64,000 nt of DNA from Azolla caroliniana (taxonomy: Eukaryota > Plantae > Polypodiophyta): positions 4,712,001 to 4,776,000 of the forward strand of contig JBHGNT010000011.1 in NCBI GenBank assembly GCA_043228905.1, written 5' to 3'. A program made the translations under genes and the position numbers. The notes under the pieces were generated by a model, which had not been told where the DNA came from, did not search any database, and saw only the letters and a list, made by a program, of their open reading frames with translations. This document shows positions 12,650 to 24,637 of the stretch, in pieces. Position 1 is the stretch's first letter. Each line of letters opens with the position of its first letter.

Positions 12650-13218
12650 AACATTAACTACTTTCGCAAGAGACTTAATTTTTGTGGATAAATCTAGTGA
12701 CCGAATGGGGGTTCCTAACGAGAGTGAGTTGTCAAGTAACTCATGCATATCTGAAAGGACTAAGAGACGAGTGGTTCTTCACATAGTCCGTTATTTGGTA
12801 GAAATAACGAAGAGATTTAGTGAAGAGGATCGTAGGGATATTATCTGTAGAGTGTTACACCATCAAAGTTTGAATGAAGACATGGAGAGAATAAAATTTA
12901 GGGACCAATGTGTTTAAGAAGAGATTGTGGAGTCTATGAAGTCATCCCTAGACTTAGTGAAAGGTGTAGAGAGCTTAGACAAACTTGCTGCAAAGAGGGC
13001 AGCCCTACACATGGTTGTGAACGGTGCGAGAGAAAAAAAATATAGTGATACTAAAGTTGCCTTAGCCCTAGGTATTCAAAGAAGGAACTTGAGGAAACAT
13101 CGCCGAAATATACACTCAAGCAAATTCAAGTGGCTGGGGTCGGGACGTAGACGACGATGTGATGCCTTATCTCAAGAGATTATTGAGAAAGTGGATTCAT
13201 TTTGGGCCAAAAATACGC

Positions 13219-14017
13219 TGTCGTAGTGTATTTTGTACACTACGTGAAAAACGTATATAGTATTAGATTCAATAAAAAATGAAGAAATAGAAGAAAATAG
13301 CAAAATAAATGGAACATACATAGGGCAAGATTCGAACCTTGCACCTCCATGTTAATAATGTAATGTCTTACCATTACACTAGCATTTCATTAGTGTTAAA
13401 GCATAGATGTCCCACATAGAAAGGTAAATTCACGCTAGGATAAACATTAGAAAAACGCATAACAAAAGAAAAAGCTACACATACACATCTAGCGTGCATG
13501 ATAAAAAACGCACAAGTTAGAAAAAGCATGATCACTTTAGATAAAGCATATAGTCTATCTATAGGAAAAGCATGGGGTCTATAGTTAGAGAAAAAGCATG
13601 GATTACTAAGACTTCCTCATCACTACATAAGGATGGGAAGCACAATGTAATTGGGTGTGAAATACTTGGAAATTGGATATATTTCCGAAAACACCAACCG
13701 ATTAATATAATCGTGGGATTCACGAAAATAATATAATCTATACTTGTGGGATTCACAAGTTTCTTATATCTTTCTTTCAATCTAAATACACATTCTTATC
13801 TAAATATTGATTAATCGAATACAATACACTCGTGGGATTCACGAGATTTCTATCTCTCTTTCTAATAATCTATTCATTACTAGCCTCATCTCATATTCTT
13901 CTTTCTCCTAGTCCAAAACCTCGGCGGTTCCCACCCGACTCACGCAACGATCCGGAGCCGAAAGGCACGACACAGTTGGTGAACCCGACGTGAAGGCGGG
14001 AGCCGAAAGGCACGACA
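13219..14017 (+). mobile_element. Deletion remnant of a Trp-primed gypsy element (LTR, PBS and last 19 bp of 3' LTR)
   Basis: LTR 13219-13972, PBS 13977-13994, GGAGCCGAAAGGCACGACA repeated at 13999-14017; 4-bp TSD ACGC. Confidence 0.92.
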
Positions 14018-15369
14018 ACGCGTGTCTCACCAAATAAGGACGTGTGTAGACAATGAATAAGTCAGGGTAAGTACCAGATTCACCCTAGACACTTCTTGGA
14101 GATGACAGAGGTATTCCATTTTTTTATATCAATTCACATTCCATAACTTTGTGTTTTGACCAAGTGTATATTAATGTTTGCTATATATATTGGTTGATGT
14201 AGGCTGAATTGTACATGAACTTTAAAGACCAACATCCAAGCTTGACTGTCGGATTCCGCAAGTTCCAAGGTTTGAAACCATTTTATGTTAGAAAATTAAA
14301 TGAGAGGAATACATGTTCTTGTGTGTACCATGTGAAGATGGACATGTTAAGGCTAGCAGTGAATGCAATGCGTACTGATTCTAAGGGTATACATGGGGAA
14401 TTATGTGTCTGCACTTGTGAGATTTGTAGACCAAATGGGGAGGATAATAGGTGTAATGCACGAAACATGACTTATGCATCCGTTTCTGAGCTATGGAGGT
14501 CTTGTGTTTGTGAAAAAGAACCATCATGTGAGTGGCATCGTCGTACATGTCTATTAAGAACATGTAAGGTTTGTCCGCTACCATTATTTTGTAGGCAGGA
14601 GCTTGATATGGGAAATAGTCATATCGTGAAATGGAAATATTTGGAGTATGTGACTGAAAATATTGGCAAGGGAGTTGTAACTAAGCGTATCAAGGAAGTA
14701 TATAAGGAGACATGTGCTACTACCCTTGTCTCAGAATTTAAGAAACAACTTGGGGAGTTTATTCCACATAACTTCCGGAGTTATTGGCAAAATTCACAGT
14801 TCAAGGAATGTATTAATAACTTACCAACGGGTGTCATTGTATCCGTTATTGATTTTGCAGAAAACTATACATTTAAAGTTCAAAATGAGGTTCAATCAAT
14901 GCATTGGGACAATGATCAATGTACAATACTTGTACATATTTGCTATTGGAGGCAAGACGGTGAGTTACATAAGAAATCAATATTTTACATTTCAGATGAT
15001 AAAAAGCATGATACACTATTTGTTCAACATTGTTTTAAGCTTCACCATGCAGATTTATTTTCTCTAGGGTTAACCTTTAACCGTCATTGGGTTTGGTCTG
15101 ATGGTGCTGCCTCGCAGTTTAAGGCGGCACGATCGTTCTACTTTATCGCCAGGTAATTTTTAATCCATATGTTTAGTACTTATCATGCAATGTGTAAGGA
15201 AGTAAATCTTGTGTTAGTGGATGCATACTAATTATGTTTGTAACTATTAACAAACAGTACTAGTCACATCGATGCATACTAATTATGTTTCTAACTATTC
15301 GAATCTTGCACTTGTGAATGGATGCATGCATACTAATTTTGTTTGTATTATGTTGTACTAAGTAACTTT

Positions 15370-16365
15370 TAATCCATGTGAAGTGTTCTCCATAGACACA
15401 TTGTACTATATTGTGTTTACAGAAGGATGTAAAGTACTCATCTTGTACTCATAGTATTGTCCGTCCTTAAGAGAATTGTACTAATGATCTTTTTATCCAT
15501 GTGAAGTGTTCTCCATAGACACATTGTACTATGTTGTGTGTATAGAAGGATGTAAAGTACTCATCTTGTACTTAGAGTATTGTCCGTCCTTAAGAGAATT
15601 GTACTAATTATGTTTTAATCCATGTGAAGGGTTCTCCATATACACATTGTACTATGTTGTGTGTTGGTTCTGTACTATGTTGTGTTTACAAAAGGATGTA
15701 AAGTACTCATCTTGTACTCATAGTATTGTCCGTCCTTAAGAGAATTGTACTAAGTATCGATTAATCCATGTGAAGGGTTCTCCATAGACACATTGTACTA
15801 TGTTGTGTGTTGGTTTTGTACTATGTTGTGTGTATAGAACGATGTAAAGTACTCATCTTGTACTGGTGGGTATTGTCCGTCCTTAAGAGAATTGTACTAA
15901 TTATGTTTTAATCCATGTGAAGGGTTCTCCATATACACATTGTACTATGTTGTGTGTTGGTTCTGTACTATGTTGTGTTTACAAAAGGATGTAAAGTACT
16001 CATCTTGTACTCATAGTATTGTCCGTCCTTAAGAGAATTGTACTAAGTATCGATTAATCCATGTGAAGGGTTCTCCATAGACACATTGTACTATGTTGTG
16101 TTTACAAAAGGATGTAAAGTACTCATCTTGTACTTATAGTATTGTCCGTCCTTAAGAGAATTGTACTAATTATGTTTTAATCCATGTGAAGGGTTCTCCA
16201 TATACACATTGTACTATGTTGTGTGTTGTATCTGTACTATGTTGTGTTTACAGGAGGATATAAAGTACTCATCTTGTACTGATAGTATTGTCCGTCCTTA
16301 AGAGAATTGTACTAAATCAGTATTTAGTCATGTTGTACTCATAGTATTGTACTCATCTTGTACTC
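15370..16365. repeat. Intronic tandem array (about 120-145 bp unit) in transposase intron 2
   Basis: ATCCATGTGAAG...GATGTAAAGTACTCATCTTGTAC...CCGTCCTTAAGAGAATTGTACTAA repeated about 7 times. Confidence 0.92.
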
Positions 16366-18362
16366 ACCAAAGCAGGTATTTCTCCTTATTCAATATTCGT
16401 ATGCAATAGAATTACTTCGGGTCTGGACATGGAAAAGGAGAGCATGATGGCGCGGGGGCTGTGATCAAACGTGCCCTTACAAGTGAGCAGTTGGATAATA
16501 ATGGCGCTAAGTTACAAAATGCACATGATGTTGTGCAGTGGCTAACATGGAAGATGTCAAATGATGGTAAGAACAGATTGTTTGTTGAAGTTCGCGCTGA
16601 TGAGGTCGATAGAACTAAATCATATGGTTCTAAAACCGTGAAAGGCACACGCAGCACCCATTGTGTGTTAGGGTTTAGCCGCAAGGACACAACCCAATTG
16701 TTACTCCGTAGTTTATCATGCTTTTGTTCCATGTGTCGAGATGAAGCTTGGGATAAATGCATCAACCTATCAATCGTGGAGCCCTGGAAGCTGCAGAAGC
16801 TTGAGCCGGAACGACAAGATGATATTGAAGAGGATGTGCATTCAAACGATATTGTATACTACAACCAAAATCAAGACTTGGCAGTTTTATTGGAAGTTGG
16901 AGATCATTTTGCAGTGCTCAAATATTCTCAGAATGAAGATTTAGAAGACTACTACATTGTGGTGTGCAAGCAAGGAAAGACATTATTGAAAGAAGTGGTG
17001 AGGGATGGTTGGGGCAACAATTTCAACGTTGGTGAGTCTGTCGTGTATGGAAACTATTATGCAAAGTTGCCGCAGTGCAAGAACACATATGCATTACTAA
17101 AAGAAGCACCCATCGCAATAATCTACGCTGATGCCATTCTTGCGATCAAATTCAATATGACTCAAGCAAAGCACAAGGTTAAGGGATACAACATTGTCTA
17201 CAAGGTCCCCGAAGAGATTCATGAGCACATATTAGGGGAGGTCTCTCTATTTAATGCTTGAAAGTCACCCTATCAATACATTGTACTAGAAAACTGAAAA
17301 ACATCCACTTGGAGTTCACTATTAATTTTGATGATTGACAAATGAATTGATATATTTCGTCTTTCTTCCAAAGGGTTTATGCCTCTCAACCACTTGTACT
17401 TATCTTTCATAATATATTAGTTGTTGTCAATAGGACTTGGATTTCTTCATTGTCGATATTGCTCATGTTTCCTGATGTTATTTGAGCATAGGAGTTTTGC
17501 AGAGTTGGTGTGTCCTCTGTTGGCACATAAATCTGCTCTTCTTTTGCTACCAAGAGAAGATTGTTAGTTGAATTCATTAAAGATTTTAATATTGTAAGAT
17601 TTTCTACTGTAAGTTCATTTTTCAAAGGGGGCGATGAATTCTGTGAAGACAACAATGAAAATTATTCTCTCAGAATCCTTTTTTGTTTCATGATATGTCC
17701 TGTGAAGCCATCTGAGTTTTTACTTCTTGTATATAAGTCCTGAATATCCAGGCTATGGATTTTAAAGTACAGACCTTCCTTTCCTTAACAAAATAATCCA
17801 ACTTCTGAAACAATAATTTGTGATAGCTCAAAAAGGTAAGTGTTTCCTTACTACTGTTAGTGGATGATTCATCCTTTGGGATGATATCATCAAAATATGG
17901 CCCACATGGCCCACATTTTGGTTACCGTTCAAATGGGATTGATGAAACAGTCTATACTTCAGTATATCTTCAATAACACCCGATACCCGATATTTTCTGT
18001 TTCTCATCATCAACACCTAAAAACCTAAATTTTCCTAGCAAGCTAAGAAGACTTTCAAGCATTTTATCTACAATAGACTGAAAGACTTTGCGAGGATTAG
18101 GAGATGATCTCAAAAAAGAAACAAAACGTTGTAAAATAAGAATACTTAGATCAAAAAGTATATTCCCATTGTTTTTGATATATGTTGATGAGCAAAATAT
18201 AGAAGCAATCCTTAAACATGAACTTGATTTCACACTGGTATAACTATTTCAGATTCATGAACTGGATTTTTTACATTGGCAATTGAAACAGGAATTTGGT
18301 ATCCAAATAGTTCAATTTCAGACATCACTAACAACTAAAGTTCAAGTACAATCGAAAGACAA

Positions 18363-21300
18363 TCAGGCACTAGAGGGTAACTTGGCCGATCTTGTAATGC
18401 GCTTGTTGTTGGTGCCAGATTTTTCTGATTTTACATTCTTCTTTATCTTAAAGCCTTTAGGTATGAGCTGACTAAGTGGCACTTCATCATCAGAGGCATC
18501 AGAGACAGGCGTGGATGCGCGGGCACCTTGTACTGGTGGCAAGCCTGAGAGAGCAACTATGTTTTCTGCAACTGCAATGCTTGTACACAAATCCACAAAG
18601 GTGCTGTCGATAGACAAATTATCACTCATCTCCTGAATGCTTGTACTCCTAGCGATCTTTATTGCCCTATCATCATCACCGATGCCTATACACTCGTTCT
18701 TATTAGACTCTTATATGTGGACCGTGGCAGTAGTCATGGTCAACTCCTCTTGTACGATGGATGTCACCTCATTCTTAAGACAACGTTGTTCGCTCTGAGT
18801 ACAATCAGGCCCACCTTCATTAGTAACGTTGTTCGCTCTACACTCCTCATGGGATTCTGTACAATCAGGCTTATCTTCAGGGAAAGCGATGTTCTTTCCA
18901 CGATCCTCATGGGCTTCACAAGACACTACTAGCACATTCTCAGTACAATCAAGCTCCTCTTCATTACTAGCAATGTTCTTTCCATGATCCTCATGGGAAT
19001 CTTTAGATAGTACTAGCACATTATCAGTACAATCAGTCTTCTCTTCATCACTTGCCACATTATCAGTACAATCAATCTTCTCTTCAGTACTTGCCATATT
19101 CTTTCCACACTCTTCATGGGCTTCAATCTTCTCTTCAGTACTTGCCATATTCTTTCCACACTCATAGGCTTCTTTAGACATAGTGTTGTTTGTACATGCC
19201 AGCTGCTCTTCACATATGAATGCTTCGTTTTTCTCACAATCCTCATGTGTGGAAGATGTGCTTCCAGAGTCTGCCTCCTTGCAAAGGTTAATTTGATTCT
19301 GACTCTGATGGGAATCTGATTCTGCACTTGTGCTCCATGAAGTTCCCGATTCATTTGATTGCAGTTGGGAATCAGACTGCTCTTGTAAACCTAATTAATG
19401 GGATTCCAAAGAATATTGGTATGAACTCCCATACTCAAAAGTTTGCAAACAATGAACATAGGGTTTAGGGCCACATTTTTACCTAATGTTACATCGTCAT
19501 ACTGTACAGCCGTAGATACCCCATTGCAAGTGGTGGGCTCGGTCATCTTCTCCACAACATCTAGGTGCTCAACAGTGTTGTTATGATCTATAATAACAAC
19601 AAAAATAGGGTTGTTATGAGCTAAATCATTGTTTTCAAAGTCTGGCTTTTGACGTGTACCTGGGAGTGTGATAAATTCGTCTTCATGATCAGGTTTTGGA
19701 CTCGTATCTCCGTCACCAAATATGATTTCATCATCAGCTAGTAACACAAGTACATGGTATTAGACAATGGATTAGGTTGACAATGCTCCAGACAGGTGAG
19801 AACTTATATGACTCACCATTGCATTCAACTTTGCCTTTCTTGCCGTTTCCATACAACATTCTTGCAGCATTTCTCTTCTTATTGGGCTCTATTTGTAAAG
19901 AAACTGCATTTCTCTTCTTAGTGGGCTCTATTTCTTGATGTTGACCGGAGCTTGGGGAATTTGTTTGTAGAAGCATATGTTCCACTACTCCAATGGCCCT
20001 TCTCATACATTCATCCTCATCATAAAAATCATAGGTTATTGGTAATGATGGTCCCTGAACCTTGGAATGTGCAGCAGATATTGAGGGTTTAGGCACAGGG
20101 GCTGGTTGTTCCATTACCTTCCCTGGCGTGGAGTTGCTTGACACTACAACATTCATTGCAAGAAACAAAAAAACCTTGAATGTTAGTACCATCATCTAAA
20201 ATATATAATGTAGGTCACAAGAGTTGCTTCCCATTTTACACAATGTACCAATCATGAACAATGTACTACTCACATAGTTCCTAAATTACTGAACTAGTAC
20301 TAATAAGGAACACTGTACTGCTCACTTAGTTCCCAATTTACACGATTAGTACTAATCATGCACAATATACACAAGTAATACTAATCATGCACAATATACA
20401 CAAGTAGTACTAATCATGCACAATATACTACTCACTTAGTTACCAAATTACACAAGTACTAATCCCGAAAAATGTACCACTGACTTAGTCAAATTAATAA
20501 GTAGTACTAATCTTGAACAATGTACTACTCACTTATTTCCTAAATCACTGAACTAGTACTAATCCCGAACAAAGTACTGCTCACTTAGTTCCCAATTTAC
20601 ACAAGTAGTACTAATCATGCACAATATACTACTCACTTAGTTACCAAATTACACAAGGAGTACTAATCCCGAACAACATAATGCTCACTTAGTTCCCAAT
20701 TTACACAAGTAGTACTAATCATGCACAATATACTACTCACTTAGTTACCAAATTACACAAGGAGTACTAATCCCGAACAACGTAATGCTCACTTAGTTCC
20801 CAATTTACACAAGTAGTACTAATCATGCACAATATACTACTCACTTAGTTAGCAAATTACACAAGGAGTACTAATCCCGAACAATGTACTGCTCACTTAG
20901 TTCCCAATTTACACAAGTAGTACTAATCATGCACAATATACTACTCACTTAGTTACCAAATTACACAAGGAGTACTAATCCCGAACAATGTAATGCTCAC
21001 TTAGTTCCCAATTTACACAAGTAGTACTAATCATGCACAATATACTACTCACTTAGTTAGCAAATTACACAAGGAGTACTAATCCCGAACAATGTACCAC
21101 TGACTTAGTCAAATTACACAATTAGTACTAATCCTGAACAATGTACTACTCAACAATGTACCACTGACTTAGTCAAATTACACAATTAGTACTAATCCTA
21201 CAAAATGTACTACTCACTTATTTTCTAGATTACTGATCTAGTACTAATAAGGTACAAAACTAGTACTAATAAGGAACAAAGTACTACTCAGTTCCCAAAT

Positions 21301-23260
21301 TACAAAACTAGTATTAATCATGAGCAATGTACTAGTAACTTAGTTCACAAAGTACAGAACTAGTACTAATCATGAACCATGTAGTACTTACTAAGTACTA
21401 ATCCAACAAATGTAGATTGGTATTTTGCACACAAGTAATACTAAACATGATATGTCTTCTACACACCTAGTTACATAACTTGTACTAATTACACCAACAA
21501 TATTAATCTTGAACAGTATTAGTACTAAACGTGATATGTGTTTGACACACCTCATTTCCAAATTAGAATAATTGTACTATTATTCAACAATTTACTATAC
21601 ACCTTGTTCCCAAATTACATTACTAGTACTAATTCCCAAGTTACACAAACAATCTTAACAGTCAACAGTGTACTATAAGTATAGTGTTTACTAAACTAAT
21701 ACTAGGCAAGTTGCAATATAGATTGGACGATGTTGTACCTGGTTCCCTTTTAGTACTACTAATTGTGGAAAATATCCCTTCAACTACACATACCAATTAT
21801 ATATTAAGAGTACTGCCAATACTAACCCACATAATTAGGGTTCCACATAATAGTTGTTAGAGATTACACTAAATTTGAAGTATGAATTGTGGCATACACT
21901 AGTTCTAGTCCAAATGTTAATTGACATCATATAATACAAACAATAGAATAGTAGAGCCACATACCGTACGGGTGTACTTTTAAACCCCAAGCATAGTACC
22001 ACTCAGCCGCAATTGTAGTTTTACAGTCCATACATGTATTCTCTTTCTCAAAATGATACTTAGCACATAGCACATGATATGTGTGCAAGCATGGTGTAAT
22101 CACAACATCCATAGCCTCCAACTTGAATCCGAGGCCACAAAATATACACCTGGAAGATTGCAAACACAAGTTATAATATATTAGTTGCTCACTTATTTAT
22201 ACCAGAGAAGTAGAAATAAATAACTTTTAAAGCCAATACCGTGATATAGCTATACTAATAATGGTACTTTCTATACCACTTGGGTGCTCAATTACAGATG
22301 GACACAAAGTATCAAAACCATTTTGTTTTAAATCCTGCATCAAGCATGCAAGGTTCTCAGAATGCAACTTTAAGGCTGACAACTTATTATCTATTTCTTC
22401 ATGTGCATTCCTGCAAGTATCAAGGTCTCTCATCTGTGAACCTAATTGAGTGCCCATATTGTTTAGCTCTTTCTTCAACTCCTCTTTCAACACCTCACTT
22501 TCTGAATTTTGGATTGTCGATGCAATCCATTCATATGTAGTTTTTATTGAAGAAAATTTCTTTTCTGCCTATATCTCAGTTGATTTAACTGCTTCCAAAT
22601 CAGCAAGTAGTGTTTGTATTCTTGAGCTCATAGAAGCTATGCAACCGGCCATCATCTGTTCATGCTTTTCAGTCATTGTGGCCCGTACCTTTGCCTCTAG
22701 AACTTGGTGGATAGGTGTTATAGCTAGAATATCCACATGAGAGGTTCCAAATGACTTCTAGCCAGTGTTGGTACTGGAGGACACTTTGTAATGTTCTGAC
22801 CGGTGCCGATTAAAATCTTCCCAATTTACGTCAATGCCACCTTGAACTTCACATGCAAAAGCACATGCAAAAACAGTACCCACCTCATTGTTAGTGATTT
22901 GATTTGTATCATAAACATGTTCGTATCTCGTCTTCAATAAATTCATGTATTCCCTCTTCAAACCACTTATGTGGAATCCTCGCCTTGTGTCGGGATGTGC
23001 TGACCCCCAGGTTTTTAACAACCACTCTCTCAGCTCTGGATAAACGTTAGGTCGTGCTCGAAGGAAATAATTTCATCCAAGAGGTGTGTCTCGACTGATG
23101 GAGTGGTACATCTTCTTTCTCTGTGTTGATGAATTCATCACCCTTTCTCTTGTGGGTGTCTTCTTGCTTTCTTTCATGGGTGTCCTTCTTCCTTCCTTCA
23201 CTAGTGTCTTCACTTTCTCTTTCATCAATGTCTTCTTTATGGGTGTGCTTCTCGTCATTG
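18363..23260 (-). pseudogene. Multi-exon accessory gene of the Sola-like element (coiled coil, RING-H2, acidic repeats)
   Basis: One frame at about 23260-22260 with scattered stops and coiled-coil heptads. Exon 22150-21964 encodes CIFC...CLHTYHVLC...CMDC. Further fragments at 20140-18363 with DCT.NV repeats. Exon structure inferred. Confidence 0.6.
20235..21400. repeat. Intronic tandem array (about 118-bp dimer of about 59-bp units) in the accessory gene
   Basis: CACAAGTAGTACTAATCATGCACAATATACTACTCACTTAGTT alternating with GGAGTACTAATCCCGAACAA...CTCACTTAGTTCCCAATTT. Confidence 0.92.
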
Positions 23261-23339
23261 TCCTAGTCAACACAATTCTCAGGGAATGAATATGCATGTA
23301 CTAGAAGAAAACTCAAGCAATTACCATCAACACATAGCA

Positions 23340-23880
23340 AATCATCACATTGCATGTACAAACCATGTCAAACACACAATAACCCTAAATAGTCGGAAAA
23401 AAACTCATCCATGTCAAACACACAGACAATAAAAACAGACGGATAGGAAAGTCAAAGAAAACGAAAACATTGTAAATCATCATAGCCAACTCCATCACAT
23501 CGCATGTACAAGCCATGTCAAACACACAAAAACCCAAAATAGTCGGAAAAACACTCATCCATGTCAAACTCACACAAAATAAAACAGATGGACAGGAAAC
23601 AAGAACAAAACGAAAACATAGCAACTCATCATAGCCAACTCCATTTACGTTGCATGTACAAACATGTCTAACACACAACCACCTCGATCAAAATATTGTC
23701 ATACATTTTTAAAAGAAACACAAAGAAACACAGAGAAAACAAAAACATACCAGTTGGGCATGCAACACATAGACTGTGAATAATCAAACCCTAAAAATGA
23801 CCATACACATGCAAATAAAAAACAGACAGACAGGAAACATTCAGAAAAAGAAAACATACCAGTTGGGCATGCAACACAGA
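23340..23880. repeat. Degenerate repeats upstream of the accessory gene
   Basis: TCACATTGCATGTACAAACCATGTCAAACACAC about 3 times; AAAACATACCAGTTGGGCATGCAACAC twice. Confidence 0.75.
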
Positions 23881-24261
23881 GAATACCTGGAGGTCGTACA
23901 ACTTGCAGAGGTACCACACCGTGTTGATTTCGACAAACGAGGCTGCTGCAGAGGAGACAAACGAGCATAGACAAAGGAAACAAACGAGCATACACAAGGA
24001 AGGAAAATCAACAACACATACAACGAGCAGGGGAAACAAAAATCTCTGCGTTCAGAGATCGAACCTGGCACAGAGGGGAACACAAGAACAGCTACGCGGG
24101 GAAACAGAGAATCGAAGGTGGAGTGAGAGAGAGAAACAGAAAGAAAGAAAGAAACAGAGCTTTGAAGGTGGAGTGAGAGAGAGAAAGAGAGAGATAGACC
24201 TATAATAGATATGTCGTCTTTCTTTAACTTTCTGCCACTGTCTGTCTGACAACTTCGAGAC

Positions 24262-24264
<3 letters not shown>

Positions 24265-24307
<43 letters not shown>

Positions 24308-24360
24308 CCAATTGACACGGTCGACTACCCATACCAGAGAGAGAGAGAGAGAGAGAGAGA
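24265..24360. repeat. (GA)n microsatellites near the right TIR
   Basis: Two GA runs at about 24266-24304 and 24336-24360. Confidence 0.9.
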
Positions 24361-24637
24361 TACTGAGACTGACCAACTATCACAATGGATACCTTCTCCA
24401 GGCGTGCTTTCGTACAACTCTACCTAGGAGACTGGGGCAACAATTAATGTATTAAATATGGCCTAGGGACATTTCGAGTGTGACGTACAATATCTTTGTG
24501 CATTCGAGTGTGACGTAATGAATTTGTTTTTTGTTTTTTGAAACTTATTTACAATTTTTAATGTTTATTTTCTTCTTCGATTTAGTACTAAATTTTTGGC
24601 CAAAAGTTGGTACACCGTAGCATGCTTCGACCCCCTG

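Larger units (their letters stand above)
12705..17261 (+). pseudogene. Spliced Sola2-type DDD transposase
   Basis: Coding segments 12705-13218 and 14022-14110, 14203-15152, 16376-17261. GT-AG introns 14111-14202 and 15153-16375 keep frame. Motifs VIDFAENY, QSMHW, SDDKKH, WSDGAASQFK, FGSGHGKGEHDGAG, KGTRSTH and Cys clusters. Several premature stops and an LTR insertion. Confidence 0.8.
11543..24633 (+). mobile_element. 13.1-kb Sola2-like DDD DNA transposon
   Basis: Perfect 26-bp TIRs GGGTCGAAGCATGCTACGGTGTACCA (11543-11568, 24608-24633). 4-bp TSD CCCG/CCTG (one C>T). Removing the element and one TSD copy restores the gypsy frame GDRVVP-VESVEMYK. Confidence 0.85.

Noticed and set aside
15370-16365. 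CRISPR-like regular repeats (also 20235-21400, 12064-12260, 47655-47850)
   Set aside because: Whole units repeat with no unique spacers, there are no cas genes, and the context is eukaryotic TE.
11542-24634. 27-bp GGGG TIR without TSD, or Harbinger/CACTA assignment
   Set aside because: A 26-bp TIR with CCCG/CCTG TSD restores the host reading frame and fits the Sola-type motifs; no TWA target or CACT terminus.
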